Source: Gammaproteobacteria bacterium
Lineage (GTDB): Bacteria > Pseudomonadota > Gammaproteobacteria > Steroidobacterales > PWYM01
Length of the DNA stretch: 45,258 bases
Direction of reading: 5' to 3'
NCBI GenBank assembly: GCA_007127715.1
Contig: SKYU01000033.1
Span: 1-45,258 of the forward strand
Position numbers and translations under genes: made by a program. The notes beneath the pieces were generated by a model, which ran no database searches, was not told the origin of the DNA, and saw only the letters and a list, made by a program, of their open reading frames with translations. Below are positions 12,094-23,161 of this stretch, in pieces (positions within the stretch are counted from its first letter, which is position 1; each line of letters starts with the position of its first letter).

Positions 12094-13283
12094 GCGCGCG
12101 CACCTTCCAGCCCGGCGATGAGGGTGCGCGCCTCGTCACGCGCGGCGGCATCGACGCCGCACACCTGCTCCAGCGAGATCACCGGCTCGGCGGGCAGGCT
12201 GTCGAGCACCCGGCCGACCACGCGGGCGATGTCGGTAAACCCCAGGGCGCCGTCGAGGAAGGCACCGACGGCCTCTTCGTTCGCGGCGTTGAGGATGGCC
12301 GGATGGGTGCCGCCCGCCCGGGCCGCCTCCCGCGCCAGACGCAGACACGGGAACCGGCGCTCGTCGGCCACGCGGAAGTCCAGTGGTGCCGCAGCCACCA
12401 GGTCCAGCCAGGGTGCACCGGAGCGGATGCGCTCCGGCCAGCCAAGGGCATGGGCGATGGGCGTGCGCATGTCCGGTGCACCGAGTTCCGCGAGCACCGA
12501 GCCGTCCTCGTACTCGACCATCGAGTGCACGATGCTCTGGGGATGAATCATCACGTCCACGCGCTCCGGGGGCATGTCGAACAGCCAGCAGGCCTCGATG
12601 ATCTCCAGGCCCTTGTTCATCATCGTCGCCGAGTCCACCGAGATCTTGCGCCCCATGCGCCAGTTGGGATGCGCGCAGGCCTCGTCCGGGGTGACCGTTG
12701 CCAGCCGCTCCAGCGGGGTCTCCAGGAACGGCCCGCCAGAGGCCGTCAGGATCAGCCGGCGCACACCCTGTGCTCCGCCGTTGCCGTTCGGCAGACACTG
12801 GAAGATGGCGTTGTGCTCGCTGTCGATCGGCACCAGTTCGCCACCGCCCTCGCGCACGGCCTCGATCAGCAGATGCCCGGCCATGACCAGCGACTCCTTG
12901 TTGGCGAGGAGCACCTGCCGGCCCGCCCGTGCCGCCGCGAGCGTCGGCAGCAGACCCGCCGCACCGACGATGGCCGCCATCACCCGCCCGACTTCGGGCA
13001 GTTCGACCACCTCGGTGAGCGCCGCCTCGCCCGCGAGCACCCGGGTCGGCAAGCCCGCCTGGGCGACTCTCGCGGCCAGGCGCGCCGCCGCCTCCTCTTC
13101 CACAAGGACCGCGAACGCCGGCCGATGTTCCATGCACTGCGCAAAAAGCCGTTCGTCGTCGCTGCGTGCCGTCAACGCCACCACCGGGAACCGCCCGGGG
13201 TTTTCCGCCACCACCGCGAGCGTATTCTCACCGATGCTGCCCGTGGCCCCCAGGATCACCAGTCCGTCACCGTGCATCTTCAC
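12090..13283 (-). CDS. dxr: 1-deoxy-D-xylulose-5-phosphate reductoisomerase
   Basis: [46 protein letters not shown]; start is GTG 13283 or ATG 13277. Confidence 0.98.
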   Translation of the reverse strand: MKMHGDGLVILGATGSIGENTLAVVAENPGRFPVVALTARSDDERLFAQCMEHRPAFAVLVEEEAAARLAARVAQAGLPTRVLAGEAALTEVVELPEVGRVMAAIVGAAGLLPTLAAARAGRQVLLANKESLVMAGHLLIEAVREGGGELVPIDSEHNAIFQCLPNGNGGAQGVRRLILTASGGPFLETPLERLATVTPDEACAHPNWRMGRKISVDSATMMNKGLEIIEACWLFDMPPERVDVMIHPQSIVHSMVEYEDGSVLAELGAPDMRTPIAHALGWPERIRSGAPWLDLVAAAPLDFRVADERRFPCLRLAREAARAGGTHPAILNAANEEAVGAFLDGALGFTDIARVVGRVLDSLPAEPVISLEQVCGVDAAARDEARTLIAGLEGARA

Positions 13284-14077
13284 CCCCCCAGCCAGCCGAG
13301 ACCCAGCAGGAACAGCGGCGCTGCGGCAGACAGGCTGTCGATACGATCAAGGATGCCCCCATGCCCCGGAAACAGTCGGCCACTGTCCTTCAGGCCGGCA
13401 TTGCGCTTGAACATCGACACCGTCAGGTCGCCGAGCACCGAAATCATCACCAGCGCCGGCGTCAGCAGCAGAAGCCCCGCCAACGGCAGGGACAGCCAGT
13501 GTGCTCCCGCGGCCGCCACCAGCGTCGCGGCGACCAGCCCTCCGAGCACGCCCTCCCAGGTCTTGCCCGGACTGACCTGCGGCGCGAGTTTCACCCGTCC
13601 GAACGCCCGACCCGCGAAATAGGCCCCGATGTCAGCCGCCCAGACGATGACCAGCAACAGCAGCACCAGCAGCGGGCCATCGCCCGGCCGCGTCACCAGT
13701 ACGCTCAGCACCAGCCAAAGCGGCAACAACACCGCCAGCCCGCACAGGGCCGCGAGCTGCTGGCCGATGGGCCGGGGGAAACGCAGCACCCAGGCGAAAG
13801 CCAGCCCCCACCACGCCAGCGCAACCCACAGCAGCGGCCGCGGGTCGGTGGTCAGCTCGGTGGTGAGCAACACCAGCACACCTGCCAGGCCCACCAGGCC
13901 CACGTAGGCCACGCGCGGCAGCGTCCGCACCAGCCCGAGGAAACGGCTCCACTCCCACGCGCCCGCCAGCACCGCCGCGGCCACCGCCAACGCAGCGGCC
14001 ACCGGCGGCAGCACGAACAGCACCACCAGAAGAACCGCGACCAGGATGATCGCGGTGACTACACGGGCGCGCAGCAT
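13280..14077 (-). CDS. cdsA: Phosphatidate cytidylyltransferase
   Basis: Hydrophobic multi-TM protein; [27 protein letters not shown]. Confidence 0.96.
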   Translation of the reverse strand: MLRARVVTAIILVAVLLVVLFVLPPVAAALAVAAAVLAGAWEWSRFLGLVRTLPRVAYVGLVGLAGVLVLLTTELTTDPRPLLWVALAWWGLAFAWVLRFPRPIGQQLAALCGLAVLLPLWLVLSVLVTRPGDGPLLVLLLLVIVWAADIGAYFAGRAFGRVKLAPQVSPGKTWEGVLGGLVAATLVAAAGAHWLSLPLAGLLLLTPALVMISVLGDLTVSMFKRNAGLKDSGRLFPGHGGILDRIDSLSAAAPLFLLGLGWLGG

Positions 14078-14078
14078 G

Positions 14079-14855
14079 TCAGCGGCTGGCCTCCGTCACC
14101 TGCGGCAGTGCGTCGGCCTGCAGCTGCTCGTCGGTGCGGCCGAAGCGGCGGCGGCGGGCCGCGAACTCGGCCAGCGCCGCGTCGAAGTCCCCGGTGGTGA
14201 ACGCCGGCCAGAGCCGGGGCGTGAAATAGAGCTCGGCGTAGGCCAGATCCCAGAGCAGGAAGTTGCTGATGCGCTGTTCGCCGCCGGTACGGATCAGCAG
14301 GTCCACCCCCGGGAGACCGGCCAGCGCACGCTGGTCCTCGAATACGGCCTGGTCGATCGCCTCCGGCGACAGCTCACCGCGGGCCACCCGCTGGGCGAGC
14401 CCGCGCGCGGCCTGGACCATGTCCCACTGGCCACCGTAGGCCGCGGCCACCACCAGCACCAGACCGGTATTCTCGCGGGTGCGCATCTCGGCGGCGGACA
14501 GACGCTGCTGCAGTGCCGGTGCCAGGCGCTCGCGCTCACCGATGAACCGCAGCCGCACACGATTGGCATGCAGCTCGTCGAGTTCCCGGTCCAGGGCCTC
14601 GAGAAACAGCGTCATCAGGCGCGAGACCTCCTCGCGCGGCCTGCGCCAGTTCTCGCTGCTGAAGGCGAACAGGGTCAGCACCTTCACGCCACGGCGCGCC
14701 GCCTGCTCCACGCACTGGCGCACCGGGCGCACGCCGGCGCTGTGACCGGCATGCCGGGGAAGCCCGCGGGCGCGTGCCCAACGACCGTTGCCATCCATGA
14801 TGATGGCCACGTGCGCCGGGACAGCGCCGCCGTTCGCGCCGTGTTCCGTGCTCAC
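14079..14855 (-). CDS. uppS: Undecaprenyl diphosphate synthase
   Basis: HVAIIMDGNGRWA, FSSENW, DLLIRTGGEQRISNFLLW. Confidence 0.98.
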   Translation of the reverse strand: MSTEHGANGGAVPAHVAIIMDGNGRWARARGLPRHAGHSAGVRPVRQCVEQAARRGVKVLTLFAFSSENWRRPREEVSRLMTLFLEALDRELDELHANRVRLRFIGERERLAPALQQRLSAAEMRTRENTGLVLVVAAAYGGQWDMVQAARGLAQRVARGELSPEAIDQAVFEDQRALAGLPGVDLLIRTGGEQRISNFLLWDLAYAELYFTPRLWPAFTTGDFDAALAEFAARRRRFGRTDEQLQADALPQVTEASR

Positions 14856-14889
14856 CCGGTGCTCCCCTGAAGACCGGCGCCCAAGGCGC

Positions 14890-15447
14890 TCAGATCTCCA
14901 TCAGCTCGGCTTCCTTCTCGGCCAGCACCTCGTCGATCTCCGCGACGAAGCGATCGGTCAGCTTCTGGATCTCCTCCTGGGCACGGCGCTCGTCGTCCTC
15001 GCTGATGAGCTTTTCCTTCTGCAGCTCCTTGAGGTCGCCGATGGCATCGCGACGGATGTTGCGCACGGCGACGCGGCCGCCCTCGGCCTCGTTGCGCACG
15101 ATGCGCGTGAGATCGCGCCGTCGCTGCTCGGTGAGCGGCGGCAGCGGCACCCGGATCACCATCCCCGCCGAATTCGGCGTCAGGCCGAGGTCGGAATCGA
15201 TGATGGCCTTCTCGACCACCGCGACCATGGGCTTCTCCCAGGGCGCCACGGCCAGCGTGCGGGCATCTTCCACGGTGATGTTCGCGACCTGGCGCAGCGG
15301 GACGCTCGAACCGTAGTACTCGACGCTGAGCGATTCGAGCAGGCTGGGATGGGCGCGCCCCGTGCGCACCTTGCGCAGGTCGTTACGCAGCGACTCCACG
15401 CTTTTTTTCATGCGCGTAGCGGCGTCTTTCTTGATGTCTTCGATCAT
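14890..15447 (-). CDS. frr: Ribosome recycling factor
   Basis: [30 protein letters not shown]; GGAG SD before ATG 15447 gives 185 aa. Confidence 0.98.
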   Translation of the reverse strand: MIEDIKKDAATRMKKSVESLRNDLRKVRTGRAHPSLLESLSVEYYGSSVPLRQVANITVEDARTLAVAPWEKPMVAVVEKAIIDSDLGLTPNSAGMVIRVPLPPLTEQRRRDLTRIVRNEAEGGRVAVRNIRRDAIGDLKELQKEKLISEDDERRAQEEIQKLTDRFVAEIDEVLAEKEAELMEI

Positions 15448-15489
15448 GCCTGTGTCTCCGCTGGACATCCGGGTCCGGCCCGGCGGGGG

Positions 15490-16215
15490 TCATCCGTTCG
15501 CCACCTGGCTCCCGATCGGCTCGCCCAGCATCATGCGCATCAGGTCGCCCTCCCGGTTCAGGTTGAATACCTGCAGCGGGAGATCGTTGTCCCGGCACAT
15601 GACGATGGCGGTGGCGTCCATCACCTGGAGATCCTCGCGCAGCACGCGCTCGAAGGACAGTGAGGGGTAGTGCTCGGCATCGGGGTAGCGCACAGGATCG
15701 CGGCTGTAGATGCCGTCGACCTTGGTCGCCTTGATCAGCACGTCCGCACCGATCTCGATGGCCCGCAGGCTGGCGGCGGTATCGGTAGTGAAAAACGGGT
15801 TGCCGGTGCCGGCCGCGAAGATCACCACGCGGTTCTTCTCGAGATGGCGGATGGCACGTCGGCGAATGTAGTCCTCGCAGACTTCGTGGATCTTCAGTGC
15901 GGACATCACCCGGGCATACACGCCGAGCCGCTCGAGCGCATCCTGCAGGGCCAGGGAATTGATGACCGTGGCCAGCATGCCCATGTGATCACCGGTCACC
16001 CGGTCCATGCCGCCCTCGGCCAGCCCGGCGCCGCGGAAGATGTTGCCGCCGCCGATCACCACCCCGACCTGCACGCCCAGGGCACGCACTTCGCTGATCT
16101 CGCGGGCCACCCGGCGGATCATCGCCGGGTCGATCCCGTAATCCATTTCGCCCAGCAGCGCCTCGCCACTGAGCTTGAGCAGGATCCGGCGGTAGACAGG
16201 CTGGGCGTCGGTCAT
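15490..16215 (-). CDS. pyrH: Uridylate kinase
   Basis: [33 protein letters not shown]. Confidence 0.98.
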   Translation of the reverse strand: MTDAQPVYRRILLKLSGEALLGEMDYGIDPAMIRRVAREISEVRALGVQVGVVIGGGNIFRGAGLAEGGMDRVTGDHMGMLATVINSLALQDALERLGVYARVMSALKIHEVCEDYIRRRAIRHLEKNRVVIFAAGTGNPFFTTDTAASLRAIEIGADVLIKATKVDGIYSRDPVRYPDAEHYPSLSFERVLREDLQVMDATAIVMCRDNDLPLQVFNLNREGDLMRMMLGEPIGSQVANG

Positions 16216-16236
16216 GGCGTCCTCTCGGCTGGCGGC

Positions 16237-16242
16237 ATTCTA
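16237..16242 (-). promoter_or_regulatory. Putative -10 element for an internal pyrH promoter
   Basis: TAGAAT in the tsf-pyrH gap with a GC-rich discriminator and GAGG SD downstream; no clear -35. Confidence 0.4.
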
Positions 16243-16263
16243 GCCGATCCGGAAGCGTCTGCG

Positions 16264-17133
16264 TCAGCCGCCGCGCACCTGGGCCATGACCTCTTCGACG
16301 AAATTGTCCTGCTTCTTCTCGATGCCCTCGCCCACCTCGAAGCGCACGAAACCGTGCACCGAGGCGCCCGCAGCCTTCAGCAGCTTCTCGACCTTGACAT
16401 CGGGATCCTTGACGAAAGGCTGACCGAGCAGCGTGATCTCCCCCAGGTACTTGCGCACCCGGCCCTCGACCATCTTCTGCACGATCTCCTCGGGCTTGCC
16501 TTCCTGGCGGGCCTGCTCGAGCAGGATCTCGCGCTCCTTGGCGAGTACCTCCGGGTCGACCTGGTCGGCTGAGACGCAGGCCGGATTGGTGGCGGCCACA
16601 TGCATTGCCAGATCCTTCGCCAGCGCCTCATCACCACCTTCGACGTCGATCACCACGCCGATCCGGGCGCCGTGCACGTAGCTGGCCAGCTGACCTGCCG
16701 GCTCGACCACCGTGAACCGGCGCACGCCGATGTTCTCGCCGATCTTGGCCACCAGGTCGGTGCGCCGCTGCTCGAGCGTCGTGCCGTCGACGTCCTGCGC
16801 CATCAGCGCGGCGACGTCCGCCGGGCGGCCGGTCAGCACGGCCTGGGCCACCAGCTCGGCGAAGCCCGTGAAATTGTCGTCGTTGGCGACGAAGTCGGTT
16901 TCGCAGTTGATCTCGACGATCACGGCGGCGCCGTCGTGCTCGTGCACCACGATGCGGCCCTCGGCCGCCACGCGCCCGGCTTTCTTGTCGGCTTTTGCCT
17001 GGCCGGACTTGCGCAGGACCTCTACGGCCTGCTCCAGGTCACCACCGGCCTCCACCAGTGCCTTCTTGCACTCCATCATGCCGGCGCCGGTGCGCTCGCG
17101 CAGGGCCTTCACTTGTGCTGCGGAAATCGCCAT
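16264..17133 (-). CDS. tsf: Translation elongation factor Ts
   Basis: [40 protein letters not shown]. Confidence 0.98.
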   Translation of the reverse strand: MAISAAQVKALRERTGAGMMECKKALVEAGGDLEQAVEVLRKSGQAKADKKAGRVAAEGRIVVHEHDGAAVIVEINCETDFVANDDNFTGFAELVAQAVLTGRPADVAALMAQDVDGTTLEQRRTDLVAKIGENIGVRRFTVVEPAGQLASYVHGARIGVVIDVEGGDEALAKDLAMHVAATNPACVSADQVDPEVLAKEREILLEQARQEGKPEEIVQKMVEGRVRKYLGEITLLGQPFVKDPDVKVEKLLKAAGASVHGFVRFEVGEGIEKKQDNFVEEVMAQVRGG

Positions 17134-17195
17134 TGCTCATCATCCTCGTCAATCGGTACTGCCCGGGCCTGCGAGAGCTCGGGCGCGAATCGGGG

Positions 17196-17225
17196 GCAGG
17201 CCGGCGCCGGCTGCGCCGGCCCTGC
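17196..17225. other. GC-rich stem-loop in the rpsB-tsf spacer, possibly a pause or processing element
   Basis: GGCCGGCGC (17199-17207) pairs with GCGCCGGCC (17213-17221) around a 5-nt loop; there is no U-tract, so it is not a canonical intrinsic terminator. Confidence 0.35.
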
Positions 17226-17241
17226 GGCCGGATGCCAGGGC

Positions 17242-18168
17242 TCAATTCGCCTCGGCACCCTCCCCGGCGGGGGCATCGCCCGCAGGCGCCTCCGCTGCGG
17301 GCGTCTCCGCTGCCGGAGCATCGGCCTTCGGGGCCGGGGCATCGGCCTTCGGGGTGGCCGGGGCGGCCTCGCTCCTGCCGGCGCCTCCACCGGTCTTGCG
17401 GCGTCGCCCACGGGCGGCATCGGCGCGGGGCTTGCCCTGCTCGTCGAGCTCCACGAAGTCGTCGTCACTGGTCGCCACCTGCGGCACGGCGGCACGGCCG
17501 TCGAGCACCGCATCGGACACCCCGCGGGTGTACAGCTGGATAGCGCGCATGGCGTCATCGTTGCCCGGGATCGGGTAGTCGATGGTCTCGGGCGAGCAGT
17601 TGGTATCCACCACCGCGACGACCGGAATCCCGAGCTTGGCCGCCTCGCGCAGCGCGATGTCCTCGTGCCCGACGTCAATGATGAACAGCGCGTCCGGCAG
17701 GGCGCCCATGTCCTTGATGCCGCCGAGACTGCGCTCAAGCTTGTCCATCTCGCGACGGAGCATGAGCACTTCCTTCTTGGTCAGCTGCTCGAAGGTGCCG
17801 TTTTCCTGCATCTCGGCGAGCTCCTGCAGGCGGCGGATCGACTGGCGGATGGTCTTGAAGTTGGTCAGCATGCCGCCGAGCCAGCGGTGGCTGACGAACG
17901 GCATGCCGCAACGCTCGGCCTCGGCGCGGATCGCCTCGCGCGCGGCCCGCTTGGTGCCCACGAACAGCAGGGTGCCGCCGTCCGCGGCCAGCTTCTTCAC
18001 GAAGCCCATGGCGTCGCGGTATAGAGGCAGCGACTTCTCGAGATTGATGATGTGGATCTTGTTACGTTCGCCGAAGATGAACGGCGCCATCTTCGGGTTC
18101 CAGTAACGGGTCTGGTGGCCGAAGTGCACGCCGGCCTCCAGCATCTGGCGCATGGATACGTCTGTCAC
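17242..18168 (-). CDS. rpsB: 30S ribosomal protein S2 with Ala/Pro-rich C-terminal extension
   Basis: [34 protein letters not shown]; AGGAG SD before GTG 18168. Confidence 0.98.
   Translation of the reverse strand: MTDVSMRQMLEAGVHFGHQTRYWNPKMAPFIFGERNKIHIINLEKSLPLYRDAMGFVKKLAADGGTLLFVGTKRAAREAIRAEAERCGMPFVSHRWLGGMLTNFKTIRQSIRRLQELAEMQENGTFEQLTKKEVLMLRREMDKLERSLGGIKDMGALPDALFIIDVGHEDIALREAAKLGIPVVAVVDTNCSPETIDYPIPGNDDAMRAIQLYTRGVSDAVLDGRAAVPQVATSDDDFVELDEQGKPRADAARGRRRKTGGGAGRSEAAPATPKADAPAPKADAPAAETPAAEAPAGDAPAGEGAEAN
17318..17354. repeat. 21-bp-period tandem duplication in the rpsB tail (PKADAPA x2)
   Basis: GCATCGGCCTTCGGGG at 17318-17333 and 17339-17354. Confidence 0.8.
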
Positions 18169-18181
18169 GTTGTGTCTCCTC

Positions 18182-18275
18182 GGGTTAAGCCTCCACGAGC
18201 CCCATGTCGCAACCCGGGAGCGTGAACGCCCGGGCACCCGGCGGCATGTGCCGGCCCGTGTGTGGAGTGGTTTGG
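18182..18275 (-). ncRNA. t44: rpsB leader (t44 / S2 autoregulatory RNA element)
   Basis: CACACACG...CACATG...GGGTGCCC...CATGGG..CGTGGAGGCTTAACCC matches the gammaproteobacterial rpsB leader pattern; CACGGGCC pairs with GGCTCGTG; inner CCCGGG/CCCGGG helix. Confidence 0.85.
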
Positions 18276-18295
18276 ATTTCAGATTGCCTTGCAGG

Positions 18296-18311
18296 CGGCG
18301 GCTTTATACCA
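18296..18311 (-). promoter_or_regulatory. rpsB extended -10 promoter with GC-rich discriminator
   Basis: TGGTATAAAGCCGCC, closely resembling the conserved TGGTATAAAG rpsB promoter of Gammaproteobacteria. Confidence 0.8.
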
Positions 18312-18406
18312 TGGGCTGCTTTGTCATCACAATGACTTGCGCCGGGTCCGGCGCGGGCGGTGGGATTGACAACAGGCCGGCCGGGCAGGCGTCAGGGATA
18401 GAGGGC

Positions 18407-19180
18407 ATGGAGGCATCGGTTCACATCAAGTCACCGGAGGAGCAGGCGCTCATGCGGGTGGCCGGGCGGCTTGCCGCCGAGGTGCTCGACATGATCGGTG
18501 AACATGTCCGTCCGGGCGTGACCACCGCCGAACTTGACGCGATCTGCCACGATTACATCGTCAACACCCAGGGGGCGGTCCCTGCGCCACTCAACTACCG
18601 TGGCTTCCCGAAGTCGATCTGCACATCGGTCAACCATGTCGTCTGCCACGGCATCCCGGGCGACCGGCGCCTGCGCGACGGCGACATCGTCAACATCGAC
18701 ATCACCGTCATCAAGGACGGCTTCCACGGCGACACCAGCCGCATGTTCTACGTCGGCGAGCCTCCGGTGGTCGGCCGACGGGTCTCGGAAATCGCTCACG
18801 AGGCCATGTGCCGAGGTATTGCCATGGTCAGGCCCGGCGCGCGCCTCGGTGACATCGGCCACGCCATCCAGAGCTTCGTCGAGGCCGAGCGCTGCTCGGT
18901 GGTGCGGGAATACTGCGGTCACGGCATCGGCCGGGTGTTTCACGAGGACCCGCAGGTGCTGCATTACGGCCAGCCCGACACCGGGCTCGAGCTCGTGCCT
19001 GGCATGACCTTCACCATCGAACCCATGGTCAACGCCGGCCGCCGCCACGTGAAGCTGCTGCGCGACGGCTGGACGGTGGTGACCAAGGACCACTCGCTGT
19101 CGGCGCAGTGGGAGCATACCGTGCTGGTCACAGAGGACGGCCACGAGGTGCTCACGCTGGGCGCCAGCGGCCAGGTCTAG
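18407..19180 (+). CDS. map: Methionine aminopeptidase type I
   Basis: CHGIP, DIVNIDITV, GFHGDTSRM, GHGIG, FTIEPM, SAQWEHT; divergent from rpsB. Confidence 0.97.
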   Translation: MEASVHIKSPEEQALMRVAGRLAAEVLDMIGEHVRPGVTTAELDAICHDYIVNTQGAVPAPLNYRGFPKSICTSVNHVVCHGIPGDRRLRDGDIVNIDITVIKDGFHGDTSRMFYVGEPPVVGRRVSEIAHEAMCRGIAMVRPGARLGDIGHAIQSFVEAERCSVVREYCGHGIGRVFHEDPQVLHYGQPDTGLELVPGMTFTIEPMVNAGRRHVKLLRDGWTVVTKDHSLSAQWEHTVLVTEDGHEVLTLGASGQV

Positions 19181-19189
19181 GCGCGTCGC

Positions 19190-21889
19190 GTGAGTGTCCC
19201 GGCAGCGGACGCGCACAACGGATGGCCCCTCCGGCTCGACCTCGAGGGCGCGCCGGGTGAGGCTCCGGCGGAGCGGCTGCGGCGGTTCCGCGAGGTGCTC
19301 GCCGCCGAGAGCGCGCGCATGGAACAGGCGTTCCGCGACGGGGTGCCGGTCGAGTCGCTGGTCGCAGGCCGCGCCGCGCTGATCGATGCACTCCTGCTTG
19401 CGGCCTGGCAGACGTCGGCCGGTCCGCTGGCCGGAACGGCCGCGCTGGTCGCCGTTGGGGGTTACGGGCGCGGGGAGCTCCACCCGGCCTCAGACATCGA
19501 TCTGATGGTCCTGCTGCCCGACAGCGGCAGCGACGGCCACGAGGGCGCCATCGGCGGGTTCATCGCCCTGCTCTGGGATATCGGCCTCGAGGTCGGGCAC
19601 AGCGTGCGCACCGTCGAGCAGTGCGCGGCCGAGGCGGCCCGCGACCTCAGCGTCGTCACCACGCTGATGGAGGCGCGCCGGCTGTGCGGGCCGGCAGGAC
19701 TGGTCGACGACATGCTCGAGCGCATCGGGACCGGGCACATGTGGGATTCCGCGGCGTTCTTCCGCGGCAAGGTGGAGGAACAGCAGGCGCGCCACCACCG
19801 CTATCACGACACCGGCTACAACCTCGAGCCGAACGTCAAGGGCTCGCCGGGCGGGCTGCGCGACATCCAGGTCATTGGCTGGATCGCCCAGCGACACTAC
19901 GGCACGCGCCGTTTCGAGGACCTGGTCCCGTTGGGGGTACTCACCCCGGGGCAGCTGGAGATCTTCCGGCGGGGACTGGGCTTTCTGTGGAAAGTGCGCT
20001 GGGGCCTGCATCTGCTGACCGGACGGCGGGAGGACCGGCTGCTGTTCGATCACCAGGTGCGCCTGGCCAAGCTGCTGGGCTACGAGGACGCCAGCTTCAC
20101 GCTGGCCGTCGAGCAGATGATGCAGCGCTATTACCGCACGGTGATGGAGCTCTCCCGGCTCAACGAGATGCTGCTGCAACTGTTCGAGGAGGCCATCCTG
20201 CAGGATCCGGCGGCGCAGCCCCGCATCCTCAACGCCCGTTTCCAGGTGAGGAACGGGTTTCTGTCGGTCCGCGACGACGAGGTCTTCAACCGCGATCCTT
20301 CGGCGCTGATGGAGATCTTCCTGGTACTGGAGCAGAACCCCGAGATCCGTGGCGTGGCCGCCCAGACCATCGGGCTGATCAAGCGCAGCCTGCACCTGAT
20401 CGATGAGGAGTTCCGCCAGAACCCGCGCAACCAGCGGCTGTTCATGGACATCCTGCGAGCCCCGCAGGGCGTGACCCGGCAGCTCCGGCGCATGAATCTC
20501 TACGGCGTGCTTGGCCTGTACATCCCGGCCTTCGGACGGATCGTGGGGCGCATGCAGTTCGACCTGTTCCACGTCTACACCGTAGATGCCCACACGCTGT
20601 TCGTGGTGGAGAATCTCCGGCGGCTCGCCCTGCCCCGCTTCGACCACCTGCACCCGGAACATTCACGGATCATGCAGGCGCTGCCCAAGCCAGAACTCGC
20701 CTACCTCGCCGGGCTGTTTCACGACATCGCCAAGGGCCGCGGCGGCGACCACTCCGAGCTCGGCGCGCTCGACGCCGAAGCCTTCTGCCTCGAACATGGC
20801 CTGAGCCCCTATGAGGCGCGGCTGGTCGCCTGGCTGGTGCGCCATCACCTGGTCCTGTCGCTGACCGCCCAGAAAAAGGACATCAGCGACCCCGAGGTGA
20901 TCGCGGAGTTCGCCCGCCTGGTCGGCGACGAGACGCACCTCGACCATCTCTACGTGCTCACGGTCAGTGACGTCCGGGCCACCAATCCGAAGCTCTGGAA
21001 TTCCTGGAAGGCCAGCCTGTTTCACGAGCTCTACCACCAGACCCGCCGGGCGCTGCGCCGTGGTCTGGAAAACCCCATCGACGTCGAGCAGCTGATCGAC
21101 GAGACCCAACGCGAGGCCCGCGACCTGCTGGCCGAGGCCCTGATCGATCCAGTGGCCGCGGAGACCGTCTGGGCACATTTCACCCGCGAGTATTTCCTGC
21201 GCCACCAGCCGGCGGAGATCGCCTGGCACACCGGCCTGCTGGCCGGACACGACTGCGGGACCTCGCCGCTGGTGGCGTTGAAGGCGGAGCCGGTCGGCGG
21301 TGCGACCGCCGTGATGGTGTGCTCGTCCTACGAGCTCGACAGCTTCGCGCGGGTCACCGCCGTGCTCGACGAACTCGGCCTGAACATCGTCGATGCCCGC
21401 ATCGTGCCGATGGCCGACGGCCGCAGCCTCGACACCTACACCGTGCTGGGTGCCGACGGATCGCCGGTGGCCGAAGACTTCATCGAAGATATCGCCGCGC
21501 GTCTCGCGCGCGGACTCGCCGCCGAGGATCTTTCCCGTGTCAACGTCACCCGCCGACCACCACGGCAGGTTCGGGCGTTCAACACGCCGCTGGAAATCCG
21601 CTTCGCCGAGGATACCGCGGCGGGCCGCACGGTACTGGAACTCGTGGCCGCCGACCGGCCGGGCCTGCTCTATCGGGTCGGCCGGGTGTTCCGTCGTTAC
21701 CAGGTCGATGTCCGCAACGCGCGTATCGCCACCGTGGGCGAGCGCGCCGAAGACGTCTTCTACGTGACCGATCGCGCAGGCCACCCGCTGTCGCCTGCGC
21801 TGAAGGAAAAGCTGAGCGGTGCACTCGCCGAAGCGCTGGACGAGAGTAACGGCAACGGGAATGGGAATGGCAACGGAGCCGCGGCATGA
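19190..21889 (+). CDS. glnD: PII uridylyltransferase/uridylyl-removing enzyme
   Basis: AVGGYGRGELHPASDIDL NTase motif, HVYTVDAH and FHDIAKG HD domain, two ACT domains (DRPGLL, GERAEDVF). Confidence 0.98.
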   Translation: MSVPAADAHNGWPLRLDLEGAPGEAPAERLRRFREVLAAESARMEQAFRDGVPVESLVAGRAALIDALLLAAWQTSAGPLAGTAALVAVGGYGRGELHPASDIDLMVLLPDSGSDGHEGAIGGFIALLWDIGLEVGHSVRTVEQCAAEAARDLSVVTTLMEARRLCGPAGLVDDMLERIGTGHMWDSAAFFRGKVEEQQARHHRYHDTGYNLEPNVKGSPGGLRDIQVIGWIAQRHYGTRRFEDLVPLGVLTPGQLEIFRRGLGFLWKVRWGLHLLTGRREDRLLFDHQVRLAKLLGYEDASFTLAVEQMMQRYYRTVMELSRLNEMLLQLFEEAILQDPAAQPRILNARFQVRNGFLSVRDDEVFNRDPSALMEIFLVLEQNPEIRGVAAQTIGLIKRSLHLIDEEFRQNPRNQRLFMDILRAPQGVTRQLRRMNLYGVLGLYIPAFGRIVGRMQFDLFHVYTVDAHTLFVVENLRRLALPRFDHLHPEHSRIMQALPKPELAYLAGLFHDIAKGRGGDHSELGALDAEAFCLEHGLSPYEARLVAWLVRHHLVLSLTAQKKDISDPEVIAEFARLVGDETHLDHLYVLTVSDVRATNPKLWNSWKASLFHELYHQTRRALRRGLENPIDVEQLIDETQREARDLLAEALIDPVAAETVWAHFTREYFLRHQPAEIAWHTGLLAGHDCGTSPLVALKAEPVGGATAVMVCSSYELDSFARVTAVLDELGLNIVDARIVPMADGRSLDTYTVLGADGSPVAEDFIEDIAARLARGLAAEDLSRVNVTRRPPRQVRAFNTPLEIRFAEDTAAGRTVLELVAADRPGLLYRVGRVFRRYQVDVRNARIATVGERAEDVFYVTDRAGHPLSPALKEKLSGALAEALDESNGNGNGNGNGAAA
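21848..21877 (+). repeat. Degenerate hexanucleotide repeat encoding a run of Asn-Gly at the GlnD C-terminus
   Basis: AACGGC AACGGG AATGGG AATGGC AACGGA. Confidence 0.8.
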
Positions 21890-23109
21890 ACCCCGACCTT
21901 GGCCGCCTGTACCCCTACCCTTTCGAACGTCTTAACGCGCTCAAGGCCGCAGCCCCCGCGCCGGATCCGGCGCTCGAGCATATCTCGCTGTCGATCGGTG
22001 AGCCGCGACATGCCCCGCCGGGCTTCGTGGTCGAAGCCCTGACCCGCGCCCTGCCGACGGGACTCGGCGCCTACCCGGTGTCCCGAGGGCTCGCGCGGTT
22101 GCGCGAAGCTGCCGCCGGCTGGCTGGAGCGACGTTACCGGCTTGGTCCGGGTGCGCTCGACCCGGACACCCAGGTCCTGCCGGTCAACGGCACCCGCGAG
22201 GCGCTGTTCTCGTTCGCCCAGGCCGTGGTCACCCGTCAGCAGGACGCGCGCGTGGCCATGCCGAACCCCTTCTACCAGATCTACGAGGGCGCGGCCCTGC
22301 TTGCAGGCGCCACGCCACTGTATCTCGACTGCACCGAAGACAACGGCTTCGTCCCGGACTTCGAGCAGGTGCCCGCCGAGACCTGGCGGCAGGTTCAGCT
22401 GCTCTATCTCTGCTCCCCCGGCAACCCCACGGGCGAGGTGATCCCGGCCGCCACCCTGGCGCGGGTGCTCGCGCTGGCGGACGAACACGACTTCGTGATC
22501 GCGGCCGACGAATGCTATGCGGAAATCTATCTGGACGAGTCGGCGCCGCCGCCGGGCCTGCTGGAAGTCTGCCGGCAGCTCGGTCGGGACGACTACCGGC
22601 GGGTGGTGGTCTTCCACAGCCTCTCCAAGCGCTCCAACCTGCCCGGCCTGCGCTCGGGGTTCGTCGCCGGCGATGCTGACATTCTCCACGAATACGCGCT
22701 GTACCGGACCTATCACGGCTGCGCGGTACCGAACGCCACACAGCTCGCGAGCGCCGAGGCCTGGGACGACGACGCCCATGTCGCCGCCAACCGCGCCCTC
22801 TATCGCGAGAAGTTCGACGCGGTGGTGCCGCTGCTCTCGCCCTGGCTGGCACTGCGTCGCCCCCCGGCGGGGTTTTATCTCTGGCCCCGCGTCGCCGGTG
22901 ATGACACGGCCGTGGCCGCCGCGCTGTGGAGCGAGTGTCACCTGACGGTGCTGCCAGGCAGTTTTCTGGCACGGGACACTGCCGCCGGCAACCCGGGCCA
23001 GGGGCGCCTGCGGCTCTCACTGGTCGCCGAGCCGGGCGCCTGCATCGAGGCCGCGCAGCGCATCCGCGACTGGTGCGCACACCACGGACACCGAACCGTG
23101 GCCGCCTGA
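21886..23109 (+). CDS. dapC: N-succinyldiaminopimelate aminotransferase
   Basis: [38 protein letters not shown] lysine in [15 protein letters not shown]; located between glnD and dapD. Confidence 0.93.
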   Translation: MNPDLGRLYPYPFERLNALKAAAPAPDPALEHISLSIGEPRHAPPGFVVEALTRALPTGLGAYPVSRGLARLREAAAGWLERRYRLGPGALDPDTQVLPVNGTREALFSFAQAVVTRQQDARVAMPNPFYQIYEGAALLAGATPLYLDCTEDNGFVPDFEQVPAETWRQVQLLYLCSPGNPTGEVIPAATLARVLALADEHDFVIAADECYAEIYLDESAPPPGLLEVCRQLGRDDYRRVVVFHSLSKRSNLPGLRSGFVAGDADILHEYALYRTYHGCAVPNATQLASAEAWDDDAHVAANRALYREKFDAVVPLLSPWLALRRPPAGFYLWPRVAGDDTAVAAALWSECHLTVLPGSFLARDTAAGNPGQGRLRLSLVAEPGACIEAAQRIRDWCAHHGHRTVAA

Positions 23110-23161
23110 GCACAGCCGGCCACGAGACCCCTTGAGACTCCGCCTGGACATGGAGGACACG

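Noticed and set aside
18316-18332. CRP-like site (TGTGA half-site on the minus strand)
   Set aside because: The second half-site (AGCAG) does not match TCACA
18152-18406. N-terminal extensions in the ORF track for map (and similarly pckG, phoR, dsbB, dusA, bamA, cyclase)
   Set aside because: They overlap promoters or neighbouring genes; downstream starts with an SD or stop-start coupling give family-typical lengths
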